Below are positions 51,552-61,385 of a stretch of DNA of 64,000 nt, piece after piece. Source of the DNA: an uncultured bacterium. Its GTDB lineage: Bacteria > SAR324 > NAC60-12. Position numbers and translations under genes: made by a program. The stretch covers positions 385,237 to 449,236 of the forward strand of contig CBFIGY010000001.1 in NCBI GenBank assembly GCA_965662235.1. The letters are read 5' to 3'. Under the pieces are notes generated by a model. It saw nothing but the letters and a program-made list of their open reading frames with translations. It was not told the DNA's origin and made no database searches. Positions within the stretch are counted from its first letter, which is position 1. Each line of letters starts with the position of its first letter.

Positions 51552-53160
51552 GTCCGGGAATCTCCTTCCCAAAAGCAGCCCGGAACAGCGCCTGCGTGTA
51601 AGGCTGCTTGGGGTGATGCAGCAGCTCTTCGGTGGGGCCGGACTCCACCACCACGCCTTCCTTCATCACCAGAATCTCATGACAGAGCGCCCGCACGACC
51701 TTGAGGTCGTGGCTGATGAACAGGTAGGTCAACTGCCGCCGCCGTTGTAGCTCCCGGAGGAGGTCAATGACCTGCGCCTGAACAGAGCGGTCAAGGGAAG
51801 AGGTTGGTTCGTCGAGCAGCAGAAACTCAGGCTCCAGCACCAGCGCCCGGGCAATGGCCACTCGCTGTCGCTGTCCTCCGGAAAACTCATGCGGGTACCG
51901 GTGCCGGGCCTCAGGGTCCAGGCCCACCTCTTCGAGCGCCTGGATGACCTGCTGTTCCCGGCTGGCCGGGTCGCCCAACCCATGGACTTCCAAGCCTTCT
52001 GCCACAATCTGTCCCACCGACATCCGGGGGCTCAGGCTGCCGTAAGGGTCCTGAAACACCACCTGCATTTCCCGACGCAGGGGTTTCATTTGCTTCAGCG
52101 TCAGCGGCGCCAGATCCTTTCCGGAGAAGCGCAGTCCGCCGGTGCTGGAGATCAGTTTGAGCAGCGCCAGTCCCAGGGTCGACTTTCCAGAACCGCTCTC
52201 TCCGACCACGCCCAGGCTGTGACCGCGCTTGAGGGTGAAGGAAAGGCCGTCCACCGCCTTGACGTGATCCACCGTGCGCTTGAGCAGCCCCCGCTGGATG
52301 GGAAACCAGACGCGCAGGTCCTCTGTTTCAATCAAGGGCGGTGCCGCTTCTGGAGCGGTGGCGGGGGCACCGCTTGGTTCTGCATCTAGGAGCTTTTGGG
52401 TGTAGGGGTGCTGGGGCGCCGTAAAGAGCGTCTCTGTAGCTTCCTGCTCCACCAACTCGCCTTGAGTCATCACGGCGACCCGCTCGGCGTACTGGCGGAC
52501 GATCCCCAGGTCGTGGGTGATGAGCAGCAGCGCCATTCCCAGCTTGCGCTGCAGGCGTTGAATGAGCTGCAGCACCTGCTCCTGCACGGTGACGTCTAGG
52601 GCGGTGGTGGGCTCGTCGGCAATCAGCAGGTTGGGCTCATTGGCGAGGGCCATGGCGATCATCACCCGCTGCCGCTGTCCACCGGAGAGCTGGTGCGGGT
52701 AGGCGCTCAGACGCTGCTCTGGGTGGGGAATCTCCACCTGCTCCAGGAGCTCCAGCACACGGCTCCGGGTCTGGGTTTGGCTGAGCCCCTGATGCAGCAG
52801 GAGCATTTCCCCAAGCTGCTTCTCAATGGTGTGGAGGGGGTTGAGGCTGGTCATCGGCTCCTGAAAGATCATCCCGATCTCACTGCCTCGGATCTGGCGG
52901 ATGCGGCGGTCGGAGGCCTGGAGGAGCTCCTCTCCCTTGAAGTGAATGCTTCCGGAGGGGTGATGGGCTGAAGCCGGCAGCAGCCGCATGATGGAGTGCG
53001 CAGTCACCGACTTCCCGGAGCCGCTTTCACCAACCAGCGCCAGGGTCTCTCCGGCATGGAGGGTCAGAGACACCCCCCGGACCGCGTGTGTCTCCTGAGC
53101 GCCCTGACGGAAGGCGACGGCGAGCTGGTTGATTTCAAGAAGCGGACGGGCGTCAGGCAT
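51529..53160 (-). CDS. yejF: Peptide ABC transporter double ATPase (YejF-like)
   Basis: Two GESGSGKS Walker A motifs, [12 protein letters not shown] and [12 protein letters not shown]. Start at ATG 53160. Confidence 0.85.
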   Translation of the reverse strand: MPDARPLLEINQLAVAFRQGAQETHAVRGVSLTLHAGETLALVGESGSGKSVTAHSIMRLLPASAHHPSGSIHFKGEELLQASDRRIRQIRGSEIGMIFQEPMTSLNPLHTIEKQLGEMLLLHQGLSQTQTRSRVLELLEQVEIPHPEQRLSAYPHQLSGGQRQRVMIAMALANEPNLLIADEPTTALDVTVQEQVLQLIQRLQRKLGMALLLITHDLGIVRQYAERVAVMTQGELVEQEATETLFTAPQHPYTQKLLDAEPSGAPATAPEAAPPLIETEDLRVWFPIQRGLLKRTVDHVKAVDGLSFTLKRGHSLGVVGESGSGKSTLGLALLKLISSTGGLRFSGKDLAPLTLKQMKPLRREMQVVFQDPYGSLSPRMSVGQIVAEGLEVHGLGDPASREQQVIQALEEVGLDPEARHRYPHEFSGGQRQRVAIARALVLEPEFLLLDEPTSSLDRSVQAQVIDLLRELQRRRQLTYLFISHDLKVVRALCHEILVMKEGVVVESGPTEELLHHPKQPYTQALFRAAFGKEIPGLTAPGTT

Positions 53161-53161
53161 C

Positions 53162-54193
53162 TCAGGAACCCGGCTGGTGGCGTGGATCCAGGGCGTCCCG
53201 AACCCCTTCCCCAATGAAGATGAGTAGGCTCAGCTGCAACGCCAGCACAATGAACGCGGTGATGCCGAGCCACGGCGCCTGCAGGTTCGCCTTTCCCTGA
53301 GCCAGCAATTCTCCAAGCGAGGGCGAACCCGGCGGAAGGCCAAAACCCAGGAAGTCGAGGGCCGTGAGAGTGGTGATGGAGCCTGCGAGGATGAAGGGCA
53401 TGAAGGTCAGGGTCGCCACCATGGCGTTGGGGAGAATGTGGCGAACCATCACCCGAGCATCTCCCATCCCCAGTGCCTGAGCAGCCCGGACGTACTCAAA
53501 GTTTCGGCCCCGCAGAAACTCGGCCCGGACCACGCCCACCAGTCCCATCCAGCTAAAGAGCAGCATCAGCCCCAGCAGCCACCCAAAACTGGGCTGAACA
53601 AAGTTGGCGAGGATGATGAGCAGGAACAGCTGCGGGAGCCCCGACCAGATCTCAATGAAACGCTGCCCGGCAAGGTCGATCGCGCCCCCGTAAAATCCCT
53701 GCACGGCGCCCACGGCGATGCCAATGAGGGAGCTGAAGATTGTCAGCAGCAGCCCAAACAGCACCGAAATGCGGAACCCGTAGATCAGCCGGGCCAGGAC
53801 GTCGCGCCCCTGGTCATCGGTGCCCAGCCAGTTGGTGGCGGTGGGCGGGGAAGGCGCCGGAGACGGGAGGTCGTAACTGACGGTGTCGTAGCTGAAGCGC
53901 ACCGGTGGCCAGAGCATCCATCCCTGCTCGTTGATCAGCTCGGCCACATACGGGTCACGGTACTCGGCCTCTGTCGCAAACTCTCCGCCAAAGGTGGTTT
54001 CGGCATACTCAACAAAGGTGGGAAAGTACCACTCGCCCTGAAACACCAAAAAGATGGGCTTGTCGTTGGCCAGCACCTCCGCCATCAACGTGGCTCCAAA
54101 CAGGATCAGAAACAGCCAAAGGGACCAGACGCTGCGCCGGTTTTTCCGGAACACCTGAAGACGGCGTTGGGCCAGCGGGTTGAGTCGAAGCAT
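53162..54193 (-). CDS. yejE: Peptide ABC transporter permease (YejE-like)
   Basis: LANDKP, ETTFGGEF.TEAEYRDP, WLGTDDQGRDVLARLIYGFRIS, GEGVRDALDP. Confidence 0.9.
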   Translation of the reverse strand: MLRLNPLAQRRLQVFRKNRRSVWSLWLFLILFGATLMAEVLANDKPIFLVFQGEWYFPTFVEYAETTFGGEFATEAEYRDPYVAELINEQGWMLWPPVRFSYDTVSYDLPSPAPSPPTATNWLGTDDQGRDVLARLIYGFRISVLFGLLLTIFSSLIGIAVGAVQGFYGGAIDLAGQRFIEIWSGLPQLFLLIILANFVQPSFGWLLGLMLLFSWMGLVGVVRAEFLRGRNFEYVRAAQALGMGDARVMVRHILPNAMVATLTFMPFILAGSITTLTALDFLGFGLPPGSPSLGELLAQGKANLQAPWLGITAFIVLALQLSLLIFIGEGVRDALDPRHQPGS

Positions 54194-54393
54194 GAAAGCG
54201 GAGCCTGAAATCCGGGTCGTGTGCCTGCTACTCAGGAGGAAGCCTCCTGCACAAAGGGGAAATGCTTATCTTTAAGCATCCCGGTCCTCTCGTCAAGAAC
54301 CCCCGCTGCTTTTGGTTTGAGCTTCCCTAGGGAATTTGCGAAGCTCTGGGACCGGAGTGCCTCGTGAATTCTTGAATTTGGAACGTATTTGGT

Positions 54394-54831
54394 ATGCAGA
54401 AGCTTCACATCCCTCAGGACGCCCGCGCCACCTTTTTCCTGCTCCTCGAATCCGGCCACCCTCGCTTTGCGTGGCTGCTGGCTTGTGACCTGGTGCAAGA
54501 AGAGGCACGCAACCTGCTCTTCCATAAGCGTCAGCAGGAAGGCTGGCTGACCGCCCATGAAGCAAACACGCGCCGGGTGGAGTTCCGCTGCTGTTACACA
54601 GCCTCCTACGTGAACCGGCTGGACCTGTGGCCAGAGACGGTTCAGGAGCTTGAACAGGCCGGCATCCTCCAAGAGGAGCAGGTGCCGCCGTTGCTGGCCC
54701 TGGAAGCCACCCGGAACCAACTCCTCCGTCGGGAAATCTGGGACGAACAGCAGGTTGACGCCGAGGCGGCCCAAGCGGTCTGGAAACTGCTGGAAGACCT
54801 GACCCACTCTGAAGAACAACTCGAAGCCTGA
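54394..54831 (+). CDS. Hypothetical protein (145 aa)
   Basis: First gene of a co-oriented run with host-like codons. Confidence 0.7.
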   Translation: MQKLHIPQDARATFFLLLESGHPRFAWLLACDLVQEEARNLLFHKRQQEGWLTAHEANTRRVEFRCCYTASYVNRLDLWPETVQELEQAGILQEEQVPPLLALEATRNQLLRREIWDEQQVDAEAAQAVWKLLEDLTHSEEQLEA

Positions 54832-54839
54832 GCGAACTC

Positions 54840-55484
54840 ATGCGTTGGACCCCCCTGGTGTGCCTGACCCTCCTCCACTCAATGTGTGCCCCGGCTCAGG
54901 CCGTGGATCCCCGTGAGGTGCAGGAAGCGGTACGCCAGACCACGCTCCGAGCCCCTGTTGAAAACTCCTACTATCAGCCCCCTCCTGCCTTCAGTGGTTC
55001 CGGCACCACCCGGGAAGCCGATACAATGGCGCGCCAGTCGCACCTGTGGCGCCGTCTGCAAGGAAAGGAAAAAGCGGTGGAGGGTCGCGTGGAAGGCAAC
55101 CTCAAGCGCTACACCATCCGCCTCGGCAAAGCCGCTGAGAAGCAGACGGATCCGATCTTCGTCAAGCCCCGGAATCCTCGGGAAGACGCCCTCTCTGCCA
55201 ACCGCGGGAAGGTGGATGTGGACGCGCGCGACCGCCGCCCGGATCCGAATATGTTCATTCGGGTCCCCATCAAGCCCAAAGCCCGAAGCTTCTCTGCCGA
55301 GTATGAGCAGTCTGGACGGGATGCCCAGAAGATGGCCGGCTCGCAACCGGGGCCCCTCCCTGGAGAATCGCTGGAGGAGTACCAGAAGCGCATTGGCCGA
55401 GCGGTGAAGCGGGAAGCGCGCAAACCGACTCCGTTCTATGAGGAGCGCTTCAACCTGAACGACCTCAACTCCAATCCCAACTAG
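54840..55484 (+). CDS. Hypothetical exported protein (214 aa)
   Basis: Signal-like N-terminus ending AQA; basic, hydrophilic remainder. Confidence 0.7.
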   Translation: MRWTPLVCLTLLHSMCAPAQAVDPREVQEAVRQTTLRAPVENSYYQPPPAFSGSGTTREADTMARQSHLWRRLQGKEKAVEGRVEGNLKRYTIRLGKAAEKQTDPIFVKPRNPREDALSANRGKVDVDARDRRPDPNMFIRVPIKPKARSFSAEYEQSGRDAQKMAGSQPGPLPGESLEEYQKRIGRAVKREARKPTPFYEERFNLNDLNSNPN

Positions 55485-55523
55485 ACCGCCTGCTCTCGGC
55501 ACCGGTCCCTCCTCTTCTGTTTC

Positions 55524-57077
55524 ATGCCGACCACCCTTCGCGGCAAGCTCCTGCTGGTCTTTTACGTGGGGGTGCTGTTGACCGCCTCCGGCTTCGGCGC
55601 CATCTACCTGCTGGTTCGAGATCACCAAACCCTGACCGAACAAAGCCTGGAGCTTCCGGAAGCAACGGCCCTTTGGGGACAGCTGGATGCGGCGGTGGAA
55701 CGCTCGCAGATCCTGCTCCGGGACGTCGTTCAGCAGCAGCGGGCTCCTGAGGAACTGACGCAGCAGTGGGAGAGCGAGGTGGAATCGACCCTAGAACGCA
55801 TCCAGCAGCTGTACCGCAGGGGCCGCGTGTGGCAGGAAGAGCGTGCCGTGGAAACCCGGACCCTCTACGACACCCGTCTTCTCCTCCGGACCCTGAAGGA
55901 CCTGCAGCAAACGGTGAGTCTGGCGCCTCCGGAGGTGGCCTTGGTGCAGCTTCGAGAAGACGTGGAACCGCTGGTCCGGGAGGTCCGAGGGTCCATGGCC
56001 AGTTTGATCCGGCAGCAGCTAGACCTTTCTCGGAGCAACCTGCGGGACCTTCAACGGAACCTGCTGGAACTCAATGCCCGGATGGGCGCCGCTGCCTTGC
56101 TGCTGCTGCTGGGCCTGTCGCTGCTGGCGTGGATGCTCGCCCGGCAGGTGGTCAACCCGTTACGGACCCTGCAGCAGGCGATTCGGCAGCTCAAGGACGA
56201 CCGACTGCAGGGGCAGCTTCAGCTCCAGCACCAAAACGACGAAATCGGCGAGCTGGCCAAGGAATTTGAGCAGATGGCCGCTGCCATTCGGGACCGGACG
56301 CGGCAGCTGGAACGCTCACACGAAGAGCTCTCGCAGGCGTACCGTGACCTCAACGGCGCCACTCAGGCCCGGAGCGAGTTTTTTGCCGGTATGTCCCATG
56401 ATCTTCGGACCCCTCTCAATGCCATCATCGGATTTGCAGACGCGCTTCTGCAAGACAGCCCAGACGATCCGCTGACGGCTTATCAGGCCGACCGGCTCCG
56501 GAGGATTCTCAAAAGCGGCAAGCAGCTTCTGGAAATGCTCAACGCGCTCCTCGACCTCTCCAAGATTGAGGCCGGGCGCATGCCGCTGCATCCGGAACGC
56601 TTCTCCCTTGCACAGTGCCTGAGGGAGACGGTGCAGCTGCTGGAACCGCTGACGCATCAGAAGCAACTCGCCTGCACTCTCACGGTGGCGCAGGACCCCT
56701 GGCCGTGCCATACCGATGAAGGCAAGGTCCGTCAGGTGGTGCAGAACCTGCTCGGCAACGCCATCAAGTTCACCCCGTCCGGAGGGCACCTAGAAGTGAT
56801 TGCTGCGCCGGAAGGAGACTGGGTGCGGCTGGAGGTCCGAGACTCGGGCATCGGCATTCCGGAATCGGAACAAGAGGTGGTGTTTGAGCTGTTCCGGCAG
56901 GTGGATGACCGTCACCGTGCTCACCAAGGCACCGGACTGGGCTTGGCGTTGGTCCGGAGCATGACGGATCTGCTGGAAGGCTCTGTGTCGCTGAGCAGCC
57001 AAGAAGGCGCGGGCTCCACCTTCACCGTCCGCTTCCCAGCAGTGCACCCTCAGACCCTGAGCGAACGCGAGGCCTGA
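55524..57077 (+). CDS. Membrane sensor histidine kinase (helical periplasmic domain, HAMP, HisKA, HATPase)
   Basis: Two TMs, DEIGELA, MSHDLRTPLNAIIGF, NLLGNAIKFT, DSGIGI, GTGLGL, GSTF. Confidence 0.95.
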   Translation: MPTTLRGKLLLVFYVGVLLTASGFGAIYLLVRDHQTLTEQSLELPEATALWGQLDAAVERSQILLRDVVQQQRAPEELTQQWESEVESTLERIQQLYRRGRVWQEERAVETRTLYDTRLLLRTLKDLQQTVSLAPPEVALVQLREDVEPLVREVRGSMASLIRQQLDLSRSNLRDLQRNLLELNARMGAAALLLLLGLSLLAWMLARQVVNPLRTLQQAIRQLKDDRLQGQLQLQHQNDEIGELAKEFEQMAAAIRDRTRQLERSHEELSQAYRDLNGATQARSEFFAGMSHDLRTPLNAIIGFADALLQDSPDDPLTAYQADRLRRILKSGKQLLEMLNALLDLSKIEAGRMPLHPERFSLAQCLRETVQLLEPLTHQKQLACTLTVAQDPWPCHTDEGKVRQVVQNLLGNAIKFTPSGGHLEVIAAPEGDWVRLEVRDSGIGIPESEQEVVFELFRQVDDRHRAHQGTGLGLALVRSMTDLLEGSVSLSSQEGAGSTFTVRFPAVHPQTLSEREA

Positions 57078-57087
57078 CCAGATTCGG

Positions 57088-57116
57088 TTGGACTGTTTCC
57101 GGGTTTATTTGATAAT
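57088..57116 (+). promoter_or_regulatory. Probable sigma70 promoter of trpE(G)
   Basis: TTGGAC-N17-GATAAT. Confidence 0.45.
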
Positions 57117-57190
57117 GAGCGTTTCATGAAACCATCACGGCTGCCAATAAAGTCCCTGCCCCTCCTTCAAGAGCCCAAGAACTGAGTCCC

Positions 57191-59335
57191 ATGAGTCACG
57201 CGACCTTTACGACGTCCGGAGGCATCCGGGTTGAAAAAACCACGACCCCTCTGGACGAACAGCACGCCCTTGATCAGGTGTATCAGTACATTGACACCCA
57301 CAAGGGCGCCCTCTTCGTCAGCAACTACGAGGTGCCCGACCGGTACTCACGTTGGGACCTGGGGTTCATTCATCCTGCGCTGGAGCTGGTGGGACGGCAA
57401 CGGCGTTTTGAGATCAATGCCCTCAACCCGAATGGACAGAAGCTCCTGCACCTGATTGTGCCGGTGCTGCGAGACAACCCGCACCTCTATGAGCTGAAGG
57501 TCACCGACCAGCAGATTTTGGGGGAAGTGCGGCCCATGCCGGATTTTTTCCCGGAAGAGGAACGGAGTCGGCAGCCCAGCGTGTTTTCCGTGATCCGGAG
57601 CATCTATGAGCTGTTTCAGAGTGAAGACTCCTACCTGGGGCTGTACGGGGCTTTTGGCTACGACCTGGTGTTTCAGTTTGAGCAGATTCAGCAGCGGCAC
57701 GCCCGGGATCCGGAGCAAGTGGACTGCCACCTCTTCTTGCCGGTGGAGCTGGTCGCAGTCGACCGTCAGCGGGAGGAAGCCTTTTTGCTGCAGTACCGAA
57801 TCCACACTCCGGACGGGCTGACAGAAAGCTGGTGGAACACCGGAGAGCCGATTGCACGGGTGCTGGGAGTGGCTGATGGCGAGATCCGCAGCGACCATGA
57901 GCCGGGTGCCTTTCAGGGCAAGGTGGATCAGGTCCGGATGGGCTGCCAGCGTGGTGATTTCTTTGAGGTCGTCCTCTCCCAGGCCTTTTCCACAGGATTT
58001 GACCGGGCGCCTTCTGAACTGTTCCGGCGCATCTGTGAGCGGAACCCGAGCCCGTACAGCTTCCTCATCAACCTCGGTGACGAGCAGCTGGTGGGAGCCT
58101 CACCGGAGATGTACGTCCGGGTGAAGGGAAACCGCTTTGAGACCAGCCCCATCTCAGGAACCGTCGCTGTGGGGAAGGATCCGATGGAAACCGCGGAGCG
58201 CATCAAGGAGCTGATCTCCTCTGAGAAGGATGAGTCGGAGCTGACCATGTGCACAGACGTGGACCGGAACGACATGGCCCGCGTCTGCAAACCCGGAACG
58301 GTGAAGCTCATTGGACGGAGGATGCTTGAGCAGTACTCGCGCCTCATCCACACGGTGGACCACGTGGAAGGCGAGCTCCGGGAGGATCGGGATGCGCTGG
58401 ATGCGATCCTGACGCACATGTGGGCCTGCACCCTCACGGGGTCTCCCAAGCCGATTGCCATGCAGACCATTGAGAACCTCGAAAACTCCCCGCGCCGCTG
58501 GTACGGCGGCTGTATCGGGTTTCTGTGGTTCAACGGCTACGTCAGCACGGGGATGACGCTCCGGACCGTGCACCTGCAGAACGGGCAGGCGACCGTCCGT
58601 GCTGGTGCAACCTTGCTGTATGAATCGGATCCGGAAGCCGAGGAGCAGGAGACACGCATCAAGGCCTCAGCGTTTCTGGAAGCCACGCTGGGAAAAAGCA
58701 ACCCGGCGCTGGAAGTCACCGAGGCCCTTCCGAAAACGGGAGAGGGCAAACGGGTGCTGTTTGTGGACTTTCAGGATAGCTTTGTCCACACCCTAGCAAG
58801 CTACGTGCGGCAAACGGGTGCTGAAGTGATCACCCTCCGGGCGGGGTTCCCGGTGGAGCAGCTGGATGCCCTGAAGCCCAACCTCGTCTTCCTTTCTCCA
58901 GGACCGCTCACGCCAGCCGATCAGAAGGTCCCTGAGCTGGTGGGAGAGTGTGTGGACCGTCAGTTACCGCTGTTCGGAGTGTGTTTGGGACATCAGGGAA
59001 TTGCCGAGTACTTCGGTGCGGCGCTGGAGACCTTTCCGGTGCCTTTCCATGGGAAGTCCGCCGAAATCCGGCACCACCGCCAGGGGGTCTTTACGGGACT
59101 GCCAGACCCCTTTGCTGCGGCCCGGTACCACAGCCTCTACGTCCGGCGAGAGACGCTTCCGGCGAAACTGACGATCACCGCCACCACGGAGGATGGGGTC
59201 ATCATGGGCATTCGGCACAGCTCGTTGCCCATTGCCTCGGTGCAGTTTCACCCGGAGTCCATCCTGACGCTCAAGGAACAGTCGGGGTTGCGGCTCATTC
59301 ACAACGTCCTCCAGGAACTGTGCCCCTCGGCCTAA
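57191..59335 (+). CDS. trpE: Fused anthranilate synthase TrpE(G)
   Basis: [35 protein letters not shown]-terminal glutaminase with DSF, SPGP, GVCLGHQ, RYHSL, QFHPES. Confidence 0.95.
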   Translation: MSHATFTTSGGIRVEKTTTPLDEQHALDQVYQYIDTHKGALFVSNYEVPDRYSRWDLGFIHPALELVGRQRRFEINALNPNGQKLLHLIVPVLRDNPHLYELKVTDQQILGEVRPMPDFFPEEERSRQPSVFSVIRSIYELFQSEDSYLGLYGAFGYDLVFQFEQIQQRHARDPEQVDCHLFLPVELVAVDRQREEAFLLQYRIHTPDGLTESWWNTGEPIARVLGVADGEIRSDHEPGAFQGKVDQVRMGCQRGDFFEVVLSQAFSTGFDRAPSELFRRICERNPSPYSFLINLGDEQLVGASPEMYVRVKGNRFETSPISGTVAVGKDPMETAERIKELISSEKDESELTMCTDVDRNDMARVCKPGTVKLIGRRMLEQYSRLIHTVDHVEGELREDRDALDAILTHMWACTLTGSPKPIAMQTIENLENSPRRWYGGCIGFLWFNGYVSTGMTLRTVHLQNGQATVRAGATLLYESDPEAEEQETRIKASAFLEATLGKSNPALEVTEALPKTGEGKRVLFVDFQDSFVHTLASYVRQTGAEVITLRAGFPVEQLDALKPNLVFLSPGPLTPADQKVPELVGECVDRQLPLFGVCLGHQGIAEYFGAALETFPVPFHGKSAEIRHHRQGVFTGLPDPFAAARYHSLYVRRETLPAKLTITATTEDGVIMGIRHSSLPIASVQFHPESILTLKEQSGLRLIHNVLQELCPSA

Positions 59336-61308
59336 GCGCCTTCCAGCTGTTTACGGAGCTCCTGGATGCGGTCCCGGAGCTTCGCCGCCAGTTCAAACTG
59401 CAGCTGTTCGGCCGCCTGCAGCATCTCTTCCTCCATCTGCACAATCTGCGATTCCAGCTGGTCCCGGCTTTGGTATGAAGCCTCGGCTTCCGCTGCAATG
59501 GGCTCTTCATCCAGTTCGACAGGCGCCAGAGACGGAGCAATTTCTCGGATGACAGAGCGGGGAATGATGCCGTGCTGCTCATTGTGCGCCAGCTGCCGCG
59601 CCCGACGCGTCTCGGTGATGTCAATGGCGGCCCGCATGGAACCGGTGATGGTGTCAGCGTACATGAGGACGAGGCCATTGACGTTCCGGGCTGCGCGTCC
59701 GCAGGTTTGGATGAGGGAGCGGACCGACCGCAGGTAGCCTTCCTTGTCGGCATCAAAGATGCCCACCAGTGACACCTCGGGGAGGTCCAGCCCTTCCCGG
59801 AGCAGGTTGATGCCCACCAGCACATCAAACTCCCCCTTTCGCAGGTCATGCAGGATCTTGGTCCGCTCGACTGCGTCAATGTCGGAGTGCATGTAGCGTA
59901 CGCGGACCCCCAGCTCCTTGTAGTAGTCCGTCAGGTCCTCTGCCATGCGTTTGGTGAGGGTGGTGATGAGGACTCGCTCCCCGCGCTGCTCCCGCTCCCG
60001 GATCTCATGGAGCATGTCATCGACCTGTCCAAGCACAGGGCGGATCTCAATGGGGGGATCGACGAGTCCGGTGGGACGGATCACGAGCTCAATGACCTCG
60101 CCTTGAGCCTTTTCGAGTTCGTAGTCTCCGGGGGTGGCGGAGACGTAGATGAACTGCTGGGCGACCTGCTCGAATTCCTCAAACTTGAGGGGCCGGTTGT
60201 CGAGGGCAGAGGGAAGCCGGAAGCCGTGCTCGACGAGCGTTTCCTTGCGGGCCTTGTCGCCACGGTACATGGCCCGGACCTGAGGGACGCTGACGTGGCT
60301 TTCATCGACGACAATGAGGGCGTCTTCTGGCAGGTAGTCGAGCAGGGTGGTGGGGGCGCTTCCGGGTTCCCGGCGTTGCAGGATGCGGCTGTAGTTTTCA
60401 ATTCCGGAACAGAATCCGGTTTGCTCAATCATCTCAATGTCATACTCCGTCCGTTGCTTGAGGCGGTGGTACTCCAAGAGCTTGTCCTCCAGCTTCAGCT
60501 GAATGAGCCGGTCCTTGAGCTCTTCCCGGATGAGGCGGACGGTTTCGGGAACATGGCTGGAGGGAGCCGCGTAGTGAGAGGCGGGGTAGATGGCAAAGTG
60601 CCGGTAGCCCTTGTGCTTCTTGCCTGTCAGGGGATCGTACTGAGTGAGGGCTTCGATTTCGTCGCCCCAAAGCTCAACGCGCATGGCCGACTCGGATTCA
60701 GCGAGGTAGATGTCAATGACGTCTCCCCGGACCCGGAAGGTTCCCCGGTGGAAGTCTAGGTCGTTGCGCTGGTACTGCATCTCGACGAGTCGCGCCAGGA
60801 TGTCGGCGCGCTTGAGCTTCTCGCCGACCTTGAGGAAGAGCAGCATCTTGCCGTACTCTTCAGGTGAGCCAATGCCGTAGATGCAGGAAACGGAGGCGAC
60901 AATGATGACGTCCCGGCGTTCCAGCAACGACCGGGTTGCCGAGAGGCGAAGGCGGTCCAACTCGTCGTTGAGGGCCGTGGTTTTTTCAATGAAGAGGTCC
61001 TTGTGCGGAACGTAGGCTTCCGGCTGATAGTAGTCGTAGAAGCTGACGAAGTACTCGACCGCGTTGTCAGGGAAGAAGGCCTGGAACTCGTTGTAGAGCT
61101 GGGCGGCCAGGACCTTGTTGTGGGCAAGCACCAGCGTGGGACGCTGCGTGTGCTCAATGACGTTGGCAACGGTGTAGGTTTTGCCAGAGCCCGTAATGCC
61201 CAGCAGCACCTGATGCCGCTGCTGGTGCTCCACACCAGCGACCAGCTCCGTGATGGCCCGGGGCTGGTCTCCTGCCGGCTGGTACTCTGATTTGAGGTGG
61301 AAGGTCAT
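59332..61308 (-). CDS. uvrB: Excinuclease ABC subunit B
   Basis: [46 protein letters not shown] domain. Confidence 0.98.
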   Translation of the reverse strand: MTFHLKSEYQPAGDQPRAITELVAGVEHQQRHQVLLGITGSGKTYTVANVIEHTQRPTLVLAHNKVLAAQLYNEFQAFFPDNAVEYFVSFYDYYQPEAYVPHKDLFIEKTTALNDELDRLRLSATRSLLERRDVIIVASVSCIYGIGSPEEYGKMLLFLKVGEKLKRADILARLVEMQYQRNDLDFHRGTFRVRGDVIDIYLAESESAMRVELWGDEIEALTQYDPLTGKKHKGYRHFAIYPASHYAAPSSHVPETVRLIREELKDRLIQLKLEDKLLEYHRLKQRTEYDIEMIEQTGFCSGIENYSRILQRREPGSAPTTLLDYLPEDALIVVDESHVSVPQVRAMYRGDKARKETLVEHGFRLPSALDNRPLKFEEFEQVAQQFIYVSATPGDYELEKAQGEVIELVIRPTGLVDPPIEIRPVLGQVDDMLHEIREREQRGERVLITTLTKRMAEDLTDYYKELGVRVRYMHSDIDAVERTKILHDLRKGEFDVLVGINLLREGLDLPEVSLVGIFDADKEGYLRSVRSLIQTCGRAARNVNGLVLMYADTITGSMRAAIDITETRRARQLAHNEQHGIIPRSVIREIAPSLAPVELDEEPIAAEAEASYQSRDQLESQIVQMEEEMLQAAEQLQFELAAKLRDRIQELRKQLEGA

Positions 61309-61385
61309 GCGCAGTCAATGGGACGTTCACAGGTAAAACGCTCAGTATACCGGAAAACGCGGCGCATCTCCTTCCGGAATATCGA

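Noticed and set aside
57126..57185. Possible trpL leader peptide
   Set aside because: No Trp codons and no terminator/antiterminator structure.
61309..61385. SOS/LexA box upstream of uvrB
   Set aside because: No recognisable palindrome or known LexA consensus.
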